DNA of 64,000 nucleotides from an uncultured Gammaproteobacteria bacterium (GTDB lineage Bacteria; Pseudomonadota; Gammaproteobacteria; CAWCPV01): NCBI GenBank assembly GCA_963797555.1, contig CAWCPV010000003.1, positions 768,001 to 832,000 of the forward strand, read 5' to 3'. Shown piece by piece: positions 60,274 to 64,000 of this stretch (position 1 is its first letter; each line of letters starts with the position of its first letter). The notes under the pieces were generated by a model. It saw only the letters and a program-made list of their open reading frames with translations, ran no database searches and was not told where the DNA came from. The position numbers and the translations under genes were made by a program.

Positions 60274-63200
60274 TCACTCCTCCGGCTCATACCCCAGCCA
60301 CGGCCCGAGCCAGCGCTCCGCGGTCCGCACGTCCATGCCCTTGCGCCGGGCGTAGTCCTGCACTTGGTCCCGGTACACCCGGCCGACCCCGAAGTAGCGC
60401 GACTGCGGATGGGAGAAATACCAGCCGCTCACCGAAGCGGCAGGGTGCATGGCGAGGCTTTCGGTGAGGTGGATATCGGCGCTCCGGTCGGCGTCCAGCA
60501 AGCGCCACAGCGTCGCCTTCTCGGTGTGGTCTGGGCAGGCCGGATAGCCCGGTGCGGGGCGGATGCCCTGGTATTCCTCGCGGATCAGGGCCTCGTTCGC
60601 CAGGTGCTCCTCCGGAACATAGGCCCACAGCTCTTTACGCACCCGCTCGTGGAGGCGCTCGGCAAATGCCTCCGCCAGCCGGTCCGCGAGCGCCTTCAGC
60701 AGGATGCTGCTGTAGTGGTCATGGTCGGCCTCGAAGCGCGCCGCCCGTTCCTCGACGCCGATCCCGGTGGTGACCGCGAACGCCCCGAGGTAGTCGGGCA
60801 CCCCGGTCTCTTTGGGGGCCAAGAAGTCGCTCAGGCACAGATTCGGGTTGCCGCGGGGCTTCTCGCCCTGCTGGCGCAAGTGGTGCAGGGTCATGACGAC
60901 CCCGCGGCGCGACTCGTCGGTGTAGACCTCGATGTCGTCGTCGCCGATGCTGTTGGCTGGAAACAGCCCGACGACCCCATGGGCGCTGAGCCAACCTTCT
61001 TCCACGATGCGTCGCAGCATGCGCTGCGCGTCGTCGTAGAGACGGCACGCTTCCTCGCCCGCCTCCGGGTCCTCGAGGATCTTGGGGAAGCTCCCCCGCA
61101 TCTCCCAGGCGTGGAAGAACGGGGTCCAGTCGATGAGTCCCACCAGTTCGTCCAGAGGGTAATCGCGCAGGGCGCGCACCTCCAGCCGCTGCGGGCGGGG
61201 CGGCCGGTAGCTGCTCCAGTCGAGCGCCAGCTTGTTGCGGCGCGCGTCCGCGAGCGGCACCCACTTTTCCTTGCGCTGGCGCCTCTGGTGCTGAACGCGC
61301 ACTTGCTCGTATTCCGCCCGGATGTCCTGGGCGAAGGTGTCCTTCAGGGTTTCGCTCACCAGGCTGGTGGCGACCCCGACTGCGCGGGAGGCGTCCTTCA
61401 CGTACACCGTCGTGCCGCGGTAGTGGGGAGCGATCTTGACGGCGGTATGCACGCGAGAGGTGGTCGCCCCGCCGATCAGCAGCGGCACCTCGAATGCCTC
61501 GCGCTCCATTTCCCGCGCCACGTGGGACATCTCGTCCAGGGAAGGCGTGATGAGGCCGGACAGGCCGATCATGTCCGCCCCCTCGCGCCGCGCCGTCTCC
61601 AGGATCTTCTCGGCGGGCACCATTACGCCCAGGTCGATCACCTCGAAGTTGTTGCAGGACAGCACCACGCCCACGATGTTCTTGCCGATGTCGTGCACGT
61701 CCCCCTTCACGGTCGCGAGCAGGATCTTGCCGTTGGAGCGCGGCGCACCGCTCGCGCTCTCCGCCTCGATGAACGGGATGAGGTAAGCCACCCCCTTCTT
61801 CATCACGCGGGCGCTCTTCACCACCTGCGGCAGGAACATCTTGCCGGCCCCGAACAGGTCCCCGACCACGTTCATGCCGTCCATCAAGGGACCTTCGATC
61901 ACCTGGATGGTGCGTTCGTAGCGGTGGCGGGCCTCCTCAACGTCCTGCTCGATGTAATCGGCGATGCCCTTCACCAGGGCGTGGCGCAGCCGCTCCGCGA
62001 CCGCGGCATCGCGCCACGCGAGGTCCTTGGCCTCGGCGCGCGCCCCCTGCCCCTTGATGGACTCGGCGAGATCCAGCAGCCGCTCCGTGGCGTCGGGGCG
62101 CCTATTCAGCAGCACATCCTCGATACGCTCCAGGAGGTCCCTGGGGATTTCCTCGTAGACCGCGAGCTGGCCGGCGTTGACGATGCCCAGGTCCATGCCG
62201 GCTGCGATGGCGTGGTACAGGAACCCCGCGTGCATCGCTTCCCGCATCGCGTTGTTGCCGCGAAACGAGAAGGAGATGTTGCTGACGCCGCCGCTCACCT
62301 TGGCGTGGGGGAGCCTGCGCTTGATCTCCCGGGTCGCTTCGATGAAGGCAACCGCGTAGCCGTTGTGCTCCTCGATGCCGGTCGCGACGGCGAAGATGTT
62401 GGGGTCGAAGAGGATGTCCTGCGGCGCGAAGCCGGCCTTATCGATAAGGAGCCGGTAGGCGCGGGAGCAGATTTCCACCTTGCGCTCTTTAGTGTCCGCT
62501 TGCCCGCGCTCGTCGAAGGCCATGACCAGCGCCGCAGCGCCGTAGCGGTGCACCAGCTTGGCGTGCTCCAGGAAGGCCCCCTCCCCTTCCTTGAGGCTGA
62601 TGGAGTTGACGATGCCCTTGCCCTGCAGGCACTTGAGGCCCTCTTCGAGGACCGACCACTTGGAGGAGTCCAGCATCACCGGGACCCGCGAGATGTCCGG
62701 CTCGGCCGCGACCAAGTTGAGGAACTGGCGCATGGCCGCCTCGGAATCCAGCATCGCCTCGTCCATGTTGACGTCGATGACCTGGGCGCCGCTCTCCACC
62801 TGGCTGCGCGCCACGTCCAGGGCGGCCTCGTAGTCGCCGTCCACGATGAGCTGGCGGAACTTGGCGGAGCCGGTCACGTTGGTGCGCTCGCCGATGTTCA
62901 CGAACAGGCTGCCGGGTCCGATGTTAAGCGGCTCCAGGCCGCTCAGGCGGGTCATCACGTGGATGCTTGGAATCTTGCGCGGCGGGACTCCGCCGATGGC
63001 CTCGCGGATGGCTGCGATGTGCGCCGGCGTGGTGCCGCAGCACCCGCCCACGATGTTGATGAATCCCCGGCTCGCAAACTCCCGGATGATGCCCGCCATG
63101 TGCTCCGGGGTCTCGTCGTACTCCCCGAACTCGTTGGGGAGCCCCGCGTTGGGGTGGGTGCTCACCAGCGTGTCGGCCACCCGGGATAGCTCCTCCACGT

Positions 63201-63972
63201 GCGGCCGGAGCTGCTCGGCGCCCAGGGCGCAATTGAGTCCCACGCTGAACGGCCGGGCGTGGGCCACCGAATTCCAGAACGCCTCCACCGTCTGGCCGGA
63301 GAGGGTGCGCCCGCTGGCGTCGGTGATGGTGACCGAGATCATGACGGGCAACCGCGCCCCGCTCGCTTCGAAGAACTGTTCCAGGGCGAACAGAGCGGCC
63401 TTGCAGTTCAGGGTGTCGAACACCGTCTCCACCAGCAGCAGGTCCGCGCCCCCGTCGACCAGGCCGCGGGCCGCCTCGGCGTACGCTGCAACCAACTGGT
63501 CGAAGCTCACGTTGCGGAAGGCCGGGTTGTTCACGTCCGGCGAGAGGGACGCGGTGCGGTTGGTGGGGCCGAGCACGCCCGCGACAAAACGGGGTCGCTC
63601 CGGAGTCTCGGCCTCCACCTCCCGGGCGGCATCCCGCGCCAGCGCCGCTGCCGTGCGGTTCAGCTCGTAGACCAAGTGTTCGGTGCCGTAGTCGCTCTGC
63701 GATATGGCGGTGGAATTGAAGGTGTTGGTCTCGAGGATGTCCGCCCCGGCGCGCAGATAGGCGAGGTGGATCTCCCGGACGACATCTGCTCGGGTGAGGA
63801 CCAGCAGATCGTTGTTACCCGTCAACGGTCGCGGGTGCTCAGCGAAACGGCTGCCCCGGAAGTCGTCTTCGCCCAGCCGGTGGTGCTGGATCATGGTCCC
63901 CATGGCCCCGTCCAAAAGCAGGATGCGTCGGGGAAGGTCTTCCTGGAGACGGCGCAGGCGGGATGAAAACAT
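60274..63972 (-). CDS. metH: Cobalamin-dependent methionine synthase
   Basis: [45 protein letters not shown]. Confidence 0.98.
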   Translation of the reverse strand: MFSSRLRRLQEDLPRRILLLDGAMGTMIQHHRLGEDDFRGSRFAEHPRPLTGNNDLLVLTRADVVREIHLAYLRAGADILETNTFNSTAISQSDYGTEHLVYELNRTAAALARDAAREVEAETPERPRFVAGVLGPTNRTASLSPDVNNPAFRNVSFDQLVAAYAEAARGLVDGGADLLLVETVFDTLNCKAALFALEQFFEASGARLPVMISVTITDASGRTLSGQTVEAFWNSVAHARPFSVGLNCALGAEQLRPHVEELSRVADTLVSTHPNAGLPNEFGEYDETPEHMAGIIREFASRGFINIVGGCCGTTPAHIAAIREAIGGVPPRKIPSIHVMTRLSGLEPLNIGPGSLFVNIGERTNVTGSAKFRQLIVDGDYEAALDVARSQVESGAQVIDVNMDEAMLDSEAAMRQFLNLVAAEPDISRVPVMLDSSKWSVLEEGLKCLQGKGIVNSISLKEGEGAFLEHAKLVHRYGAAALVMAFDERGQADTKERKVEICSRAYRLLIDKAGFAPQDILFDPNIFAVATGIEEHNGYAVAFIEATREIKRRLPHAKVSGGVSNISFSFRGNNAMREAMHAGFLYHAIAAGMDLGIVNAGQLAVYEEIPRDLLERIEDVLLNRRPDATERLLDLAESIKGQGARAEAKDLAWRDAAVAERLRHALVKGIADYIEQDVEEARHRYERTIQVIEGPLMDGMNVVGDLFGAGKMFLPQVVKSARVMKKGVAYLIPFIEAESASGAPRSNGKILLATVKGDVHDIGKNIVGVVLSCNNFEVIDLGVMVPAEKILETARREGADMIGLSGLITPSLDEMSHVAREMEREAFEVPLLIGGATTSRVHTAVKIAPHYRGTTVYVKDASRAVGVATSLVSETLKDTFAQDIRAEYEQVRVQHQRRQRKEKWVPLADARRNKLALDWSSYRPPRPQRLEVRALRDYPLDELVGLIDWTPFFHAWEMRGSFPKILEDPEAGEEACRLYDDAQRMLRRIVEEGWLSAHGVVGLFPANSIGDDDIEVYTDESRRGVVMTLHHLRQQGEKPRGNPNLCLSDFLAPKETGVPDYLGAFAVTTGIGVEERAARFEADHDHYSSILLKALADRLAEAFAERLHERVRKELWAYVPEEHLANEALIREEYQGIRPAPGYPACPDHTEKATLWRLLDADRSADIHLTESLAMHPAASVSGWYFSHPQSRYFGVGRVYRDQVQDYARRKGMDVRTAERWLGPWLGYEPEE

Positions 63973-64000
63973 GAGGCGGGGTCGCGGTCGTCGGAGTGCG

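Overview
GC-rich proteobacterial (probably gammaproteobacterial) chromosome segment. Core blocks are an MCE/Mla ABC operon with a partner-switching module, dgkA, a FecR-TPR-barrel/CHASE2 cyclase pair, a Pro-Arg-His-Lys tRNA operon, mtnBDC and metH. They are separated by heavily rearranged accessory DNA. Main signals: (1) a Trypco2/trypsin-MoxR-vWA-FGE(CLec) conflict operon whose three FGE domains end in variable regions with the NNC-codon pattern of diversity-generating retroelements, while the TR and RT are absent locally; (2) a head-to-tail stack of RAYT-like Y1 transposase copies bounded by a GTGTCTGACCCC motif, into which an IS4-family element inserted twice at the same site; (3) dispersed integron cassettes with no integrase in the window, including a HEPN + PD-(D/E)xK pair with a collapsed attC, the HEPN gene being split by an IS66 derivative carrying a DUF4338/DruA-like passenger; (4) a TIR-CHAT-STAND-TPR gene with an internal inversion; (5) a decayed group II intron containing a MITE that itself contains IS1182. 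Many single-base frameshifts in conserved genes suggest long-read indel errors, so pseudogene calls resting only on frameshifts are tentative. All family calls come from motif recognition by eye; no database search was run.
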